Part shown: piece after piece, positions 1 through 12,329 of the stretch
How positions within the stretch are numbered: the stretch's first letter is position 1
Layout: each line of letters begins with the position of its first letter
NCBI GenBank assembly: GCA_000934665.2
Contig: JYFJ02000982.1
Span: 1 to 64,000 of the forward strand
Source of the DNA: Catajapyx aquilonaris
Taxonomy: Eukaryota
Direction of reading: 5' to 3'
Length of the DNA stretch: 64,000 nt
Notes under the pieces: model-generated
What the model saw: only the letters and a program-made list of their open reading frames with translations
The model's database searches: none
What the model was told of the DNA's origin: nothing
Made by a program: the position numbers and the translations under genes

Positions 1-3000
1 GTAGCAGTGCTGGTCCACAGCCTACATCCGAGTTGACGTAATCCTGAAACAAATGACCATAAAATATTAATAAGTAAGGGATAACCCCAAATGGTCTTCT
101 TGTCATGAGAGAGCTACTCCGGTCATGTCTACAGGTTGGTTAAAAAGGAATGCAAGTGCACAACAACATGTTAAACATATACAAGTTGTTAAATCCCATG
201 TAAGTGACACAATAACGTGCAAGGAAGTGGGAGATGAGGGAGGGATGGGATGTATGTAGATCATCATAATTTACTGTCCCTAATTAGATCGAGCATTCGC
301 AGCATCCTTGTCCTCCAGATGTAAAGTGCTGGGTCCTCTTCAACTGCTAGATGACTCGAAATGTCCACTGACGATGGAAGGCTGCAGAAGATCCCTCCTG
401 TCTTCAAGTTCTGCTCGTTCTTCCACATCATAAGTAAATTATAAACAACATTCGAATTAGAATCTCACTACCCCTGAAGGAAATTTAATGCAATGTCTGA
501 GAACTTGAAATGAATTTGCCTTGTCTAAATCCCATTTAGACTGAGACGTAACATCCGGCAGCACACATGAAGACTGTCGACATGGGAGCTCATCGTCATC
601 AGGCTGAACCTTCTGATCAGAAGGTACGGTTGGTCCAGGCTGCCGACAGATGCACCAGCTGCATGACGACACTCCGTCTGATGCTCCCAATATCTAGCAG
701 GTGGCACCAGTATATAACTGCTGAATTACCTAGCAATGGTGGCATATTAAAACATGGTTGCTAGTGGAACTGGATGGAAGATAATGTGCACCTGCAATCT
801 CAAATGAAGCGGGATGCAACGATTGGGTTGCTTGGTTGCACAATTGGCCCACTAATAAACCAAGTTGCACAATCTGACACTGGGTTTTTCCATAGTTAAC
901 AGTGTCCTAAGTTGTGAATACCCAAGCTTGCAAAATTGTGCTAATTCCTAGCCAAACCAATCCCACGACACTTATCCGCTGAGTTGCTGTCCTGCGAGAG
1001 GCGCAAGTGAGCAGCCTATCCAGATATCACTCTAGTAGTCCAGTTGAATGCTTCATGTCCTCTCAACTTGCCCGTAAAAAGCTGGAAAGTCAGTCACATA
1101 AGTCCAAAGTCAGCATCGCAACCACATTCTCCCAATATTGTCCCCAATCTGGCTGAAGCTGCAGACATTCTATATGGCTCCATCTGTTGCCATCTGCCAC
1201 TTGGTTTCACAAGATATGTGCAGCAGCCATATCATTTCCGGTGATGGAAGGTCACATCTGTTTGGACAGTCCATCTGGCAGAACTAGCAACTGTTAGAAG
1301 TGATTTTACATTACGAACTGGACATTGCAGTACCAACTACTGGTGATAGTGTAGCAAAGGAAATACTTCAATCTTCAATTAAACATTCACTTACTCTGCG
1401 GCACTTGATGTGGTTGACCCCCCAATTGATTCTGTCGAGCCTCAGACTGCACTCGTCCAGCATCAGGTGCAAGTGGTGTCCTGTCTTGTCTTCAGTTTTG
1501 GTGGATCCAGACCTTGCAGACATTTCTTCCCGAACAGTCTGATGCGGCCATCCACTTGAAATTCATCCGCATTAGTTCAAACTGCGAACCACCACCACAT
1601 TAGCATTCTCCTCAAATCTCAATCAATAATCGAGAACGCCAACCACTTCTTCTTCAGTATCATCCTGCAACCATTGAAATTAGAAGACATTAGACAAGGC
1701 AGTAATAATCAGCCAAACAGGGTGGGTGGAGTACAATACCAATGGCGAGCCCAGTTTGTCTACCGGTTATTCTTCACCCAAAACAGCATGCGAACAACAC
1801 AAACCATACTTTGTTCAACCACCACCAGCTATCTATCACACGCCTCGAGGCCTCAGGGCAAATAAAACCACACAGCCGCAACATACACATGCCCAACCAC
1901 AGATCTACAACACTGGCGTCAAATAGGTGGGGTTAAATACTCGTAATGTGCAACACAGGTAGCCATAAAATGATATGAATGGTTATGTGACGATACGGTC
2001 CTGTCCAATCTAGTCCTGGTATGAAGAGCGACGACTGATGAGCTGGGCTCTTATCCAAATTGGGTCGAATTGAGAGGCGTGTCGCGCAGCAGCGATTGGC
2101 TGATAGGTGTGTGCACAGGTGGGATGGGTCACATTACCATTAGACTGTTGCCTCCCAATGTCAGTCAAATAGTCCCCATTCTTGAAGGTTCTTCTTTATA
2201 CTGGATGGGTTTAAGCTGATTTTTATGGCCTTGATTCATCTGAAAAAGAACCCACTTAATCAGGCGTCTACACTTCTTTTAATTCCCATTATGGTGTAGC
2301 CACAACATATTGTCGCCTTTATTCTTAGCTCCGTTGCATTGTGCAGAGCTAAATGATGACACTGATGGATGCCACACGTTCTCATTTCGCATGTAACGTC
2401 CTTGCTGATCACAGCTGATTTAAAATTTTGATCTCATTTAACATTGTACATCTAAGGCCCAGTAGCATCTGGGAAGATCAATAAATAACACACTATCATA
2501 TCTTAATCTAAGTGCATTTGAGAGTCAAATAGGGATTTGGCAAGAAATAGTAAGATTATCTCTATTGCTAATTACCTATTGCAACGGGATGACATATTGC
2601 GGCCACCATTAAATAACCTGATTTTGATTAGTATCACTTCTGTACTCACCTTCTGTGCATTCCAGGTCTGTCAAGTAGCGATGGTCATATGATTGTAGAA
2701 GTGCTCCATCTGAACCAGTGTTGGGATGCACCCTTCCCCTCCTCCAGGCAGGTCTAGACACAAAAGAGAGGGAAGGCCAAGAAGTGGGGAGGGGGTGGCA
2801 ACCTTCCCACCCTCCACCCTCCCAGCAGTGGCTATGACCTTGTGGTCAAATGCCTGGGTACATGTGCACCTCAGTAGATCCTGTGAAATCAGATGCCCCA
2901 GTTTAATGTACAACACAATGGGTCAGTGTTGTTACCCCTTTTTAAAATCAAGCTTTAATACATTGAAATGTGGTTCCCAGTTGTCCAGTCCTATAAGGAC

Positions 3001-4393
3001 CTGTTGCCATGGGCATAATTTTCGAGCCCAATAATGGATTACAAAATCAAACCAACTTTATTATTATTACTTTGCTACTTCATTTTTAATCGCTAGCAAC
3101 AAAAAATTGTTCTAGCTTGCATTTTGTCCAGAGTTTAAATTGCACATGGCATAGAAATACGTTTCCTGTATTACATCTCAGAATGACACCCTGACAAATG
3201 ACTGTTGCAATTTCAAAACAAAGTGGTCATGACATCTCCTTCATAAGCACCTCTCAATTAGCCTCGTGAAAACATGGCCATGTAGCCCGTAATTACAGAA
3301 TGTGAGGAGAAAAAAATGTAGGAATTTTAGGTCCATGGGTAACTTTTTAACATAATATGAAACACATGGCTGTGAAATACTCAAACTTGAGTAAAAAAAA
3401 AGAAAAAAAACAGTCTCTGGGACACAGCCATGTCTAGTTTATCTTGGCAAATTATATTATAGTGTGATTTTTATTGCTCAGTCTGTGTCACTGAAGCAGT
3501 GTGAGTCGTGAGCATCAGCATGATATGTGGCACTGAAAAGCACTGAAAAAATTGGCTAGATCTCACTAATTTGTTTGCAATCACCACCCACGCTTTCTAT
3601 TTAAAAAATGGCTGGATATTACACGAACATCCTAATGAAAAGCTGGCTCCCGACCCATAAACAATATGGCACAATAATTTGCAATGTTATTCTGTCTAAC
3701 ATAGAAGAAACCTGTTCGTGAGAGAATAATTTTATGGATCAGAGCGATTCTTCTAAACTTAGGTTTCACTGTGCTTCATTCATTGTGATAGCCTCGGTCA
3801 TGTTAACAATTTTCAGCTGGCAGATGGGCAGGTCTTGAAAAGAAAATCGAAGCTGACAAGTGAACCAGCATGCAAATCGATAAAGTCACGCATGATCGAC
3901 AAAGTCTTGCTTTCCAGGCTAGTTAGCAAAAAAGACAAAAATAATTGGAGCTCAGGAATCCAATAGGGTTTTGGGAGGACGGAAAAACTGAGATTCGACA
4001 CCTTCCACTTCAATAATACCAGAAGGTTTGAAGCTTTTGAAGCTTCACAGAGCAGATCTCCATCTAACGTGTCCTACTAAAAGTACCGAATGATTGTTGC
4101 AGAAGTTCAGTCGCAGCAGGGGGGAATGCCTAAAGCGAAAAAAATTATTTTCTTTCCACTACACACCCATGTAACTGCCATACAAAATTCTTTTTCTTTG
4201 AATAAATATTTTAAATCCCACCGTGTTAGAAAACTACTGGCACAGTCACTGTGACCTGAAATGGTCAGAAAATAAAGGTTAATAAAATACTGGTCGCCGA
4301 CCATTTGACAGGCTGGCCATCGTCCACACCATGAAAACATTTCCCCCACAATGCTGACTCACTTCTCTCGCCACACACAGATCTGCACTACTC

Positions 4394-5141
4394 TCAATCG
4401 TTGGCTTGATCAGAGTCGTCGTCTGTCACAAATTTAGATTCGTCTCCAGCATCGTCATCCTTGTCTTCCTCGTCCTCTGAGAATTCCCACTGCGGGTGAT
4501 GCTCCACCTTTTTGGCCTCCTTTACAGCAAGCTGCAACAATAATGCGATACTCACTTTCAGATCCTTCACTGAGCGAATTCCAAGTACGAATCCGACCTG
4601 AGACACACACTGAAGGTGTATGCTCCCGGCTTCGGAGGTGCCATAAACTTGAGCTGCACTTCCTCCTGGCTCACAAGGTCAGTCACGATATTCGGAGCCG
4701 TTATCAGCATCTGATTTTGGCGGTCCGACGCATACACCCACCAATACTCTGGCTTGTCATGAGATAAAAACAGGTAGTTATAAAAGGTTCATATTGCAGA
4801 CAATTGGGAGCTTACCTCAGGGAAAAAGGGGCAGTGAACAGGGTGCGAGACTTTGCTCTTTCCTTCCAGAGCCTGCTCCTTCTTGGACAGCTTGTTCTGA
4901 AACTTGAACCTTCTGGACTCAGCCGCATGCAATTCTCAATTGTGTGCAGGTCGGGAAAACGATTTACTGCAAACGCAAGTGCAATACGTTAGACATGTAG
5001 CATAATTTCAACCGCAGTGATCATACCTCTCCCAGCATATGCCAGCAACACAAGCTGTGAGACGTAGTTGACAATTTCCTGCAGCAGGTATGGCCCCTTC
5101 CTGACCACAAACTGCCTGTCCTGCTCCACTGTGTCCGAGAG
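4394..5141 (-). pseudogene. SEC63: SEC63 (ER translocon J-protein) 3' pseudogene fragment
   Basis: Minus-strand pieces translate to DRQFVVRKGPYLLQEIVNYVSQLVLLAYAGR | NRFPDLHTIENCMRLSP..NKLSKKEQALEGKSKVSHPVHCPFFPE | DKPEYWWVYASDRQNQMLITAP..EEVQLKFMAPPKPGAYTFSVCLRSDSYL..VKEAKKVEHHPQWEFSEDEEDKDDD, matching the SEC63 C-terminus as I recall it. Lesions: large internal deletion near 4912, acceptor reads CAT instead of CAG near 4759, frameshift/stop after SDSYL. Confidence 0.9.
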
Positions 5142-5475
5142 CCATGCCCTGGGTATGCTGCAAATTTCTTGCATTAATTGTCTTCATTTTAATTCGGTTC
5201 TCCCTGTATACTCGTAGTAATCATAAATCACGTTACACTTTCCTGTCCATATTTCTGACTACTAGCAGGCAAAATAATACTGTGATCATCTGATCATTAC
5301 ATTTTCTATGTTTGTAGTTAGAGCAGGCACAAATGCAAAATTCCGAGACATGAGAGATAGAAACTGATTATGCCCAGTACAGCCCCAATTCAACATTAGA
5401 ACTATCGCATCTGCAAAGTAGCGTGGCTGGAGCCTGAGGAGGATGTAATTGCGGAAAGAGTCTGTCATAAGGTGG

Positions 5476-6176
5476 CTTCAAATTGTCTACTATAGAATGG
5501 GTGGTCATTTTGTGCCACATTATGACTTTGCCAATGTGAGTTCATGCAGCATTCACGTGTACAGTTACTAGTATAATGATGGAGACACACTTGGTAGGGA
5601 ACACCAATGCACTCATCATCATTATGTTTCATATTCTCAGTCTGAATTTCAATACGATTACATAAACAGCTTTGGTACTGGAAACCGCATAACAACTGTA
5701 CTGTTTTATGAAAGCATTCATTTCTCTCCTGCAAATGCAAAATACTGTAAACCAGTGCAAACATTAACAACATACCATGTCTTCAAAATGTCCGATGTAG
5801 ATCAGGATGGTGCAACGGTATTTCCTCGCATTGGGAAGTTAGGCCACACAAGGGTTCAGCTGCCTTCTGGTACAATAACCTGCACCCAAGTGGCAAGGGT
5901 GACTGCCTCGCCGCCCATGCCGGATGTCCCATCCTCATTGCATCCAAATGGGGTGAGTATAGCACATACTCGAAGCATTTCTGGGTTATCAGTTTCAGTT
6001 TGTTTCTACTTGTGATGGGAGAAATATTTCAGAGTTGTTGCTATTATCATAAATGCCATTTAAAATGTTTTGAACAAGTGTCACTTAGGTTAATATTATT
6101 TTATATTTCAGTCTCAAACCTGTGGCCTCATGAACGTGGCCAGGAGTTTAGGAGACCTTGTGCCCTCACGCAGTAG
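5476..6176 (+). pseudogene. Prolyl 4-hydroxylase alpha subunit 3' pseudogene fragment
   Basis: Exon remnants: 5476-5535 LQIVYYRMGGHFVPHYDFA; ~5665-5709 GTGNRITTVLFY; 5788-~5951 MSDVDQDGATVFP..(frameshift)..KGSAAFWYNNLHPSGKGD..HAGCPILIASKW; 6112-6176 VSNLWPHERGQEFRRPCALTQ*. These are the P4HA catalytic-domain motifs. Donor reads GA instead of GT at 5710, no AG acceptor before 5788, and no 5' part of the gene. Confidence 0.9.
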
Positions 6177-7570
6177 ATTTAATTGGCAGGGGTTGACATT
6201 AGATGAGCACCAGTGCAAGACTTCATTTGAAATTGTTCAACTTGCCCATTCCCCATCCCATCTGAAACAAATCTCATCCAAGAGACAAAAACTGTACCAG
6301 AGAAATTAAATGTACAAACCTGCTTCAGATTTTCGCATCTTGCTACAAGGCGAAACTATACCTCCAATGACATCCTCAGAAATGATAATAAACCACTTTT
6401 GAGAGAAGAAAGAATTATTTCACAAATCTAAATAGGGTACAGAGCCAAAATGCAATGGAAAAAAATATTTATTAAACACCATCATTTATAGCATAAATTA
6501 TTGTCTTTACAATTGGAGGATTTTGATAGAAAATTTTAATATTGGATGTACTGACAGGGAAGGTTCAAGATAAAAGAAATGAAGCATAACTCCCCACAAG
6601 CTGCAGTTTCAGAATCCGATCTCCAAGTGTTACTGGAAAACTAAATGCATAAATGACTAATCAACATCACAGCTTTTTTTTTTTTTGTTAAAAGCCTATT
6701 GTCCTCACAAAATAATGTAGGCCTAACCTGATAATATAAAAAATACCACCTTCCTAGCCTGTCTCCTTTACAATGTTGAAATGTCCCCAACAAAAATAGA
6801 CTACTACAAAAACGTGATCTACAACTTAACAAATCTACTCGTTACCTGCACATCTTCATGTAAATTACTGGCAGGATCCATATTTTTACATTAACATTGT
6901 GATCATATCAGCAGATATCTGACTTGAGACACTTTAATGGCTATAATACAAAATTCTGTAGAGAATGTAGACTATAATGTGATTCGAAACAGAATTTTTC
7001 CAAATCTATTGTTCACGTAGATATCAACAGTTACTTGTAAAGTGACACTCGGCGAGAGTTAAGAACATGTTTTAACCCTTGTTAACAAATCCTTGCATTC
7101 TTTCTTATACATTTTCCCCCTGAGTGAGCATTGACCCATGTCTCTCTGGCCTCAATGCAATAAATGCCTGAGGACCCTGCGAGATTTCCAGCGTCTTGAG
7201 GAGGTCAGAGGGACAAAATATGACAGATGGGTAAATTTCTTTTACACGAAGCCCTGAAATGTAGCACAGCCAGAGTGACAACAATCCCCTTCAGAAGTAA
7301 GGGACTGAATTTTAATTCTCCCTCATGGGCTCACCTGTTTTCACATGTGTCAATTGCAGCAGGGAAAAGGGGAAAAATTGACCAGATCAACAGAAAGTAG
7401 GCATGGACTACATTGCACACTCATCTACTCAATTTTGACCAAAACATTATTGATGGCTTTGCATTTCAGGTATTCATAAAAGCTTCTTTTTGAATCGTAT
7501 GTTACAAAACACTGTGAATGGAATGAGGTTACAATACCAGTCCTTCCAACTCCTGCTACTCCTTTATCTC

Positions 7571-9530
7571 TTACGTTAAGTTCACATGAAGGTGTGGACT
7601 CAGTGAAGTAAGTGCGCTTGGATATTGTATCTGGGACTTGTGGAGGTTCACTAGCACAAGTTCTGGGCAGCATGTTACCAGACACTTGAGGCCTTGTTCA
7701 GTAATGTTGCTGCATCCTCCAAAGGACACACACTTCAGCCTGGGACAATTGGCAGCTATCAGTGACAGTCCTTCATCTGTCAGGCAACAACTGAATGAGA
7801 GATCAAGACTTTCCAGATTTTCAACTACTTGGGGACAGGCCATAAATTGCTGGAAGCCATATCTCATGTTGGAGGTGAGCCATCGTAGAGTAAGGTGCTT
7901 CAGATTTAACAAGGAGCCAACGCCATTCAGTAGGCCTTGGTCATTCATTGCCTTAGCATTGGTGAGGTGCAGCTCATTCAGCAGCTGGCAATTGGATAGG
8001 TGTATAAATGATGCTTTCTCCTTCAAGAATCCCACTGCCAGCTTACGAAGCTGCTTGCCAATGCTGTCAATTACTGCCACAAGCTCAATGTCAGAAGAGT
8101 TCCGGAAGATGCACACCTCCACCAGGTTGCCCCACTTCCTCTCTAGAGATGTATCTGGTTGAAGTGGTGGAACGGAGCCTATATATCCACTGCGTCTAAG
8201 ATACGTGTATGAGTGGCCCAGGATCAACCGCTTCAGATGAGAGAGCTGAGCCAGACGGTCCAAATGGTGCCTACCATCCTCTGGAATAATGCAATTAGTG
8301 TAGCTTATTGACACCTTCCCGTAACACTCGCACCTGTATCAACAACATATCTAGGTGCAAGAGGTGAGCCTGAAAGGTCCTGCAGTAAAGGTAAGTCAAA
8401 AGAAAAGGCTATAAAAAGAGAACCTGTACTTTTTCACGAGTGGATCTCTGAAAGCTAAACCTAGGACGTGAAGTCTGGGTCAGGAAAAATTCAATGCCTA
8501 TAGCTATGTCAGCGGCGCAGTGGAGAACGCTATTCATACTGGATGACTTGCAAGCCTTTAAATTGTTCCAGCATGTGGCATATTCTTTTTTGTGAGTTTA
8601 GTAAATGATCTGCAAGCTAAGATATTTTGTCTCACCTCTCATGCCAGCAAGAGAGATCTCCTGAAGCTTGCTCAATTTCTGGGGCAGTTGTATCAGTGAG
8701 ATGTCCTCCAAGTTGTAGATGTGTTGCATGCAGAGGGATTCCAGGTTCGGTGCAGTCCTCCAAACGGTGCACAAAATTCTCTGCACATCATTTCCACCCC
8801 ACCTCACCAACTCCAGCTTCTTCAGTTGGGTCATCCCCTGCAGTATCCTGACAGCAGCTGTCGCACTAGGCATCTTTGTGCCGTCTAGGGAAATCCCCCT
8901 CCACAACCTGGAGTCCAATGCAAGCACACTCCATTCCTTGCAAACGAGAGCCACGTTCTTGAGATCTCTCAGAGAGAGATATGCAAATATCTTGACAACC
9001 ACCTCTGGTAGCAGGTCCGAGAAGATTGTTTTCTTTCCCTGAAATTGAACCCATGTGATTAGACAACATTGTTCTTGCACCATGCACACCGAGGATGAAT
9101 TTTTACACACACACACTTTCATGACTTGCAGCGCCAGGTAAACTTAGCTGAGGTGAAGCAATAATATTTGTTGGGCTCCTTATAGTGCAAGTTATTCTTT
9201 TGCTGCTTTTCATTGCTGACTTACATTTCCATCTGTTGCTTTTCCCTTCTGGCCTGGTCCAGCCCTAGTCTTGGCCGTTCCCTTCATGTCGCTTTGTGCG
9301 GAGCCACCTTCTGACGCTGCCGTCTTCTTCTTCCTCGGAGGCCCATCTTGTTCAGTCTGTCCCCTCTTCTGGCCCGACATTCTAGCCTTCTTCTTCTTCT
9401 TCTTCTTGGGCATTGCTTGGTACTTGGGATGACATGTGGGACAGCCATGATGATGAACGAAGTCGAACTGATGGTTGGCGTGATGTTCCTCAGGCACTGC
9501 CGGCGCATACTTCTCCAAAATGTCCCTCAT
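7571..9530 (-). CDS. F-box/LRR protein, copy 1 (~472 aa)
   Basis: Exons 9530-9225, 9038-8636, 8280-7571 with consistent phases. F-box SDLLPEVVVKIFAYLSLRDLKNVALVCKEW..LDSRLW; Cys-containing LRRs (LESLDLSFSCCLTDEGL..CPRLKCVSFGGCSNITEQGL); basic PKKKKKKK stretch in exon 1. An alternative in-frame ATG lies at 9542. Confidence 0.85.
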
Positions 9531-12329
9531 TTTGTTACCCATTTTTTTGCCGGGATTAGCGACACGAGCACTTATCCTGGGCCTGGAATACGCACTGTAC
9601 AGAGAGAGGTCTTGCAATTTGCAAAATTTGGAACAAGAAAAACATAGACATGAAAGATTGCCTCAAAATGTCATCTAGTGTGAGAACCCACCGCCGTTGG
9701 GCAGCACGGGCATCATTTAAACCGTAATATTTAACACACTCCCTATCATAATTGATTCGAATATTTTATATGAAATTAAACTGGAAATTATCGAGCTTTA
9801 AATTGCCTTTTTAATAATGGCTGGTTTGCCTACAGCGCCGCCAAACGTACAGACTAGAAACGGAGAGATACAGTACTGTATATATATGTCTTGCCTATTT
9901 AGCTAATGCTAAATTATGTGTAGTACAAATGTCCAAAGAATAATTACTCCCTAAACATATCGCTGATCCCATGTGTGAGCTGGATTTATAATGCGGTCAC
10001 TATATTAGTGTGCCGCAATATTGATTGAGCTGTGATGGAATGTACAGAGTGGCGTATTAAAGGCTATTTACTCACATAAGGTCACTTTCATGTCTCAAAA
10101 TTATTCTAGCATTTTTATTGGTACAATAAAATCTTGGAAAACAGAAAACATTAGAAGTGAACGCTTTACTCAGAATCCCCAATAAACTTTTTCATCAACA
10201 CATTATAATAAATTATTATTGTCTTAAATTCCAGCCATTCTCTTAGAATATTTTACATTTTCTACTTTGAACCTGGTTTTTACCCTTGGTATTTACCTGA
10301 TTCTCTCGCTCAAGGACTGCAAGAAGAATAGAATATTCCACAACATGATTATTATGATGGCGTATTATGATGCGAGGTCTGCCGGAGAGATGCCAGACCA
10401 TGATTTTAAAATGCAGATTTAACATCTAATCCTATCATGTTTAATGGCAATAATAATTGTGAAATACTGTCTTATTAAATAGGCACGCTGTTAATTACTT
10501 ATTAATTTTACGATTATATGGGACTTTTTATGCAACACCTAATGTGGCGTCCTTTTTCGAATCCATATAATATGTGGACTCAAATGGAAGAGAAAATATT
10601 ATTTTCTCTACATACAGGGTGTAAATGAAAGAAGTGCACATTTTTTTTTTTGGCAGAATGATAAGAGTGACTCAAATACTACGTTACCTTTTATGAGTTT
10701 AAAAAATACTCGCTATGACATTTGACTCAACGCATGTAAGTCACAGGGTAAGATATGACCAAAACATGATAAAACCATCCTTACATAGCCTATAGCTGTG
10801 GTGAGAAAAAAGTGATGGAATTTTATTCTTCCCACGATCATTGATCGGTGCAGTACTGGGATAAGTTACTTGCCTACCTGTAAAGCTACTTAATAAGTCT
10901 TACAAACATGGGAATAATTTACAAAGTTATATGCTGCCTGTATATATCGACATAATAATTAACTACCTTCACTGTGATCCTCTGCAATTCAGATATACAA
11001 CAATTTTTTTTTAAAACCACACACATACTCGTACACACCCATCCAGACGCAATGAATACAAAATTCCACAAATCAAAATAATGTAAGAGCCTAAATCCAA
11101 TGGAAAAAAACATTTATTAAACGCTGTCAGTGATTGCATAAATTATTGATTATACAAATTGGAGGAATATCACATTTTGCTGTAAAATTTTAATATGGAA
11201 CGTACTGATTAATAGGCACCAGCAGGGAAGGTTTTACTATTGATATACAGTAAAAAACAAACCCTAACTGCACACAAACTGTAGTTTCAGAATCCAAACT
11301 CCAAGTACTATTGGAAAGATAATGCATAAATGATAAATCCGCATCACAACTTTGTGTTAAAAGGATTGTCCTGGCAAATGTAACCTGATAAGAAAAAACC
11401 ACCACATTTCCAGCTGGTCTCCATCATGAAATATCCCCAACAAAAATACTGCCAAATATACATTTTCAATGAATTAATCTACAACTACTTAACCAATAAA
11501 CTCGATGTTTCCTGCACAAAAATTTCATGTTAACCACGGGCAGGGGAATTTTATATTAACATTGTGATCATTTCAGCAGACAAGTGGTTTGAAACTTTAA
11601 ACAGCCATTTCAGTCCTTTCATACTGATGTCACAACCTCACATTGTTGAAATCCTGATATAACGCTCAATGTACTGGCAGTTATTATTCCACCTGATACA
11701 TACACGAAAATAATGCCCCTCTACATAATCCAGTATCATCAATTTTCCAAATATATTGAACAAAAAAAAAAAACATATGCCAAAATGACAAATCAACAGA
11801 AGTTCAAAGGGTTCTCCCAGCACATCTAATCTAAGCAGAGGACAACACCATTGCAGCAGGAGGTATCTACCACCATCTCCCTCCCGCTACAGAAAGTACT
11901 GCTTACAAAATGAAGGAACTGTAACAAATAAGCTCTAAGTGATCCGCACCGCATATTTTCTTGTTGCATCATCATTGACAATGAAGACCTAAAATGCAGC
12001 ACAGCCAGACTGGTTATGGAATGACCTTGAGAATGGGGGGGAATGAATTTTAATTAACATTAATTGGTTCAGGCTTTTCCATATATTTTTACAGCAAAAA
12101 ATAATTTCTCTCAGGAAAAAGTGACTTGACCATCAGAGAGTAATCATGAGGAATATATTTCACAATGCTAAACTCAATTTGACCAAAACGTGAAGGTTGC
12201 CTTTGCATTTGAGATCTTCACAAAAATACCATCAGCCTCTTGTGAACTGTATTCATAAAACACTGTATGGAATGGTTTTTGAAGTTTACAATACCAGTCC
12301 TTGCAATTGCTGCTACTTCTCGCTCTCTC

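Noticed and set aside
280..1670. Exon-like minus-strand segments (e.g. TTGCAG|GATGATACTGAAGAAGAA.. ending near a GTAAGT at ~1390)
   Set aside because: Multiple stops and no recognisable family; may be another decayed gene, but I cannot support a call.
1980..2300. Possible LTR or Penelope-like remnant
   Set aside because: No second copy, coding motif or target-site duplication seen.
7638..8162. Plus-strand ORFs over the LRR exons (also 17557-18093, 20157-20540)
   Set aside because: Antisense shadows of the F-box/LRR coding exons.
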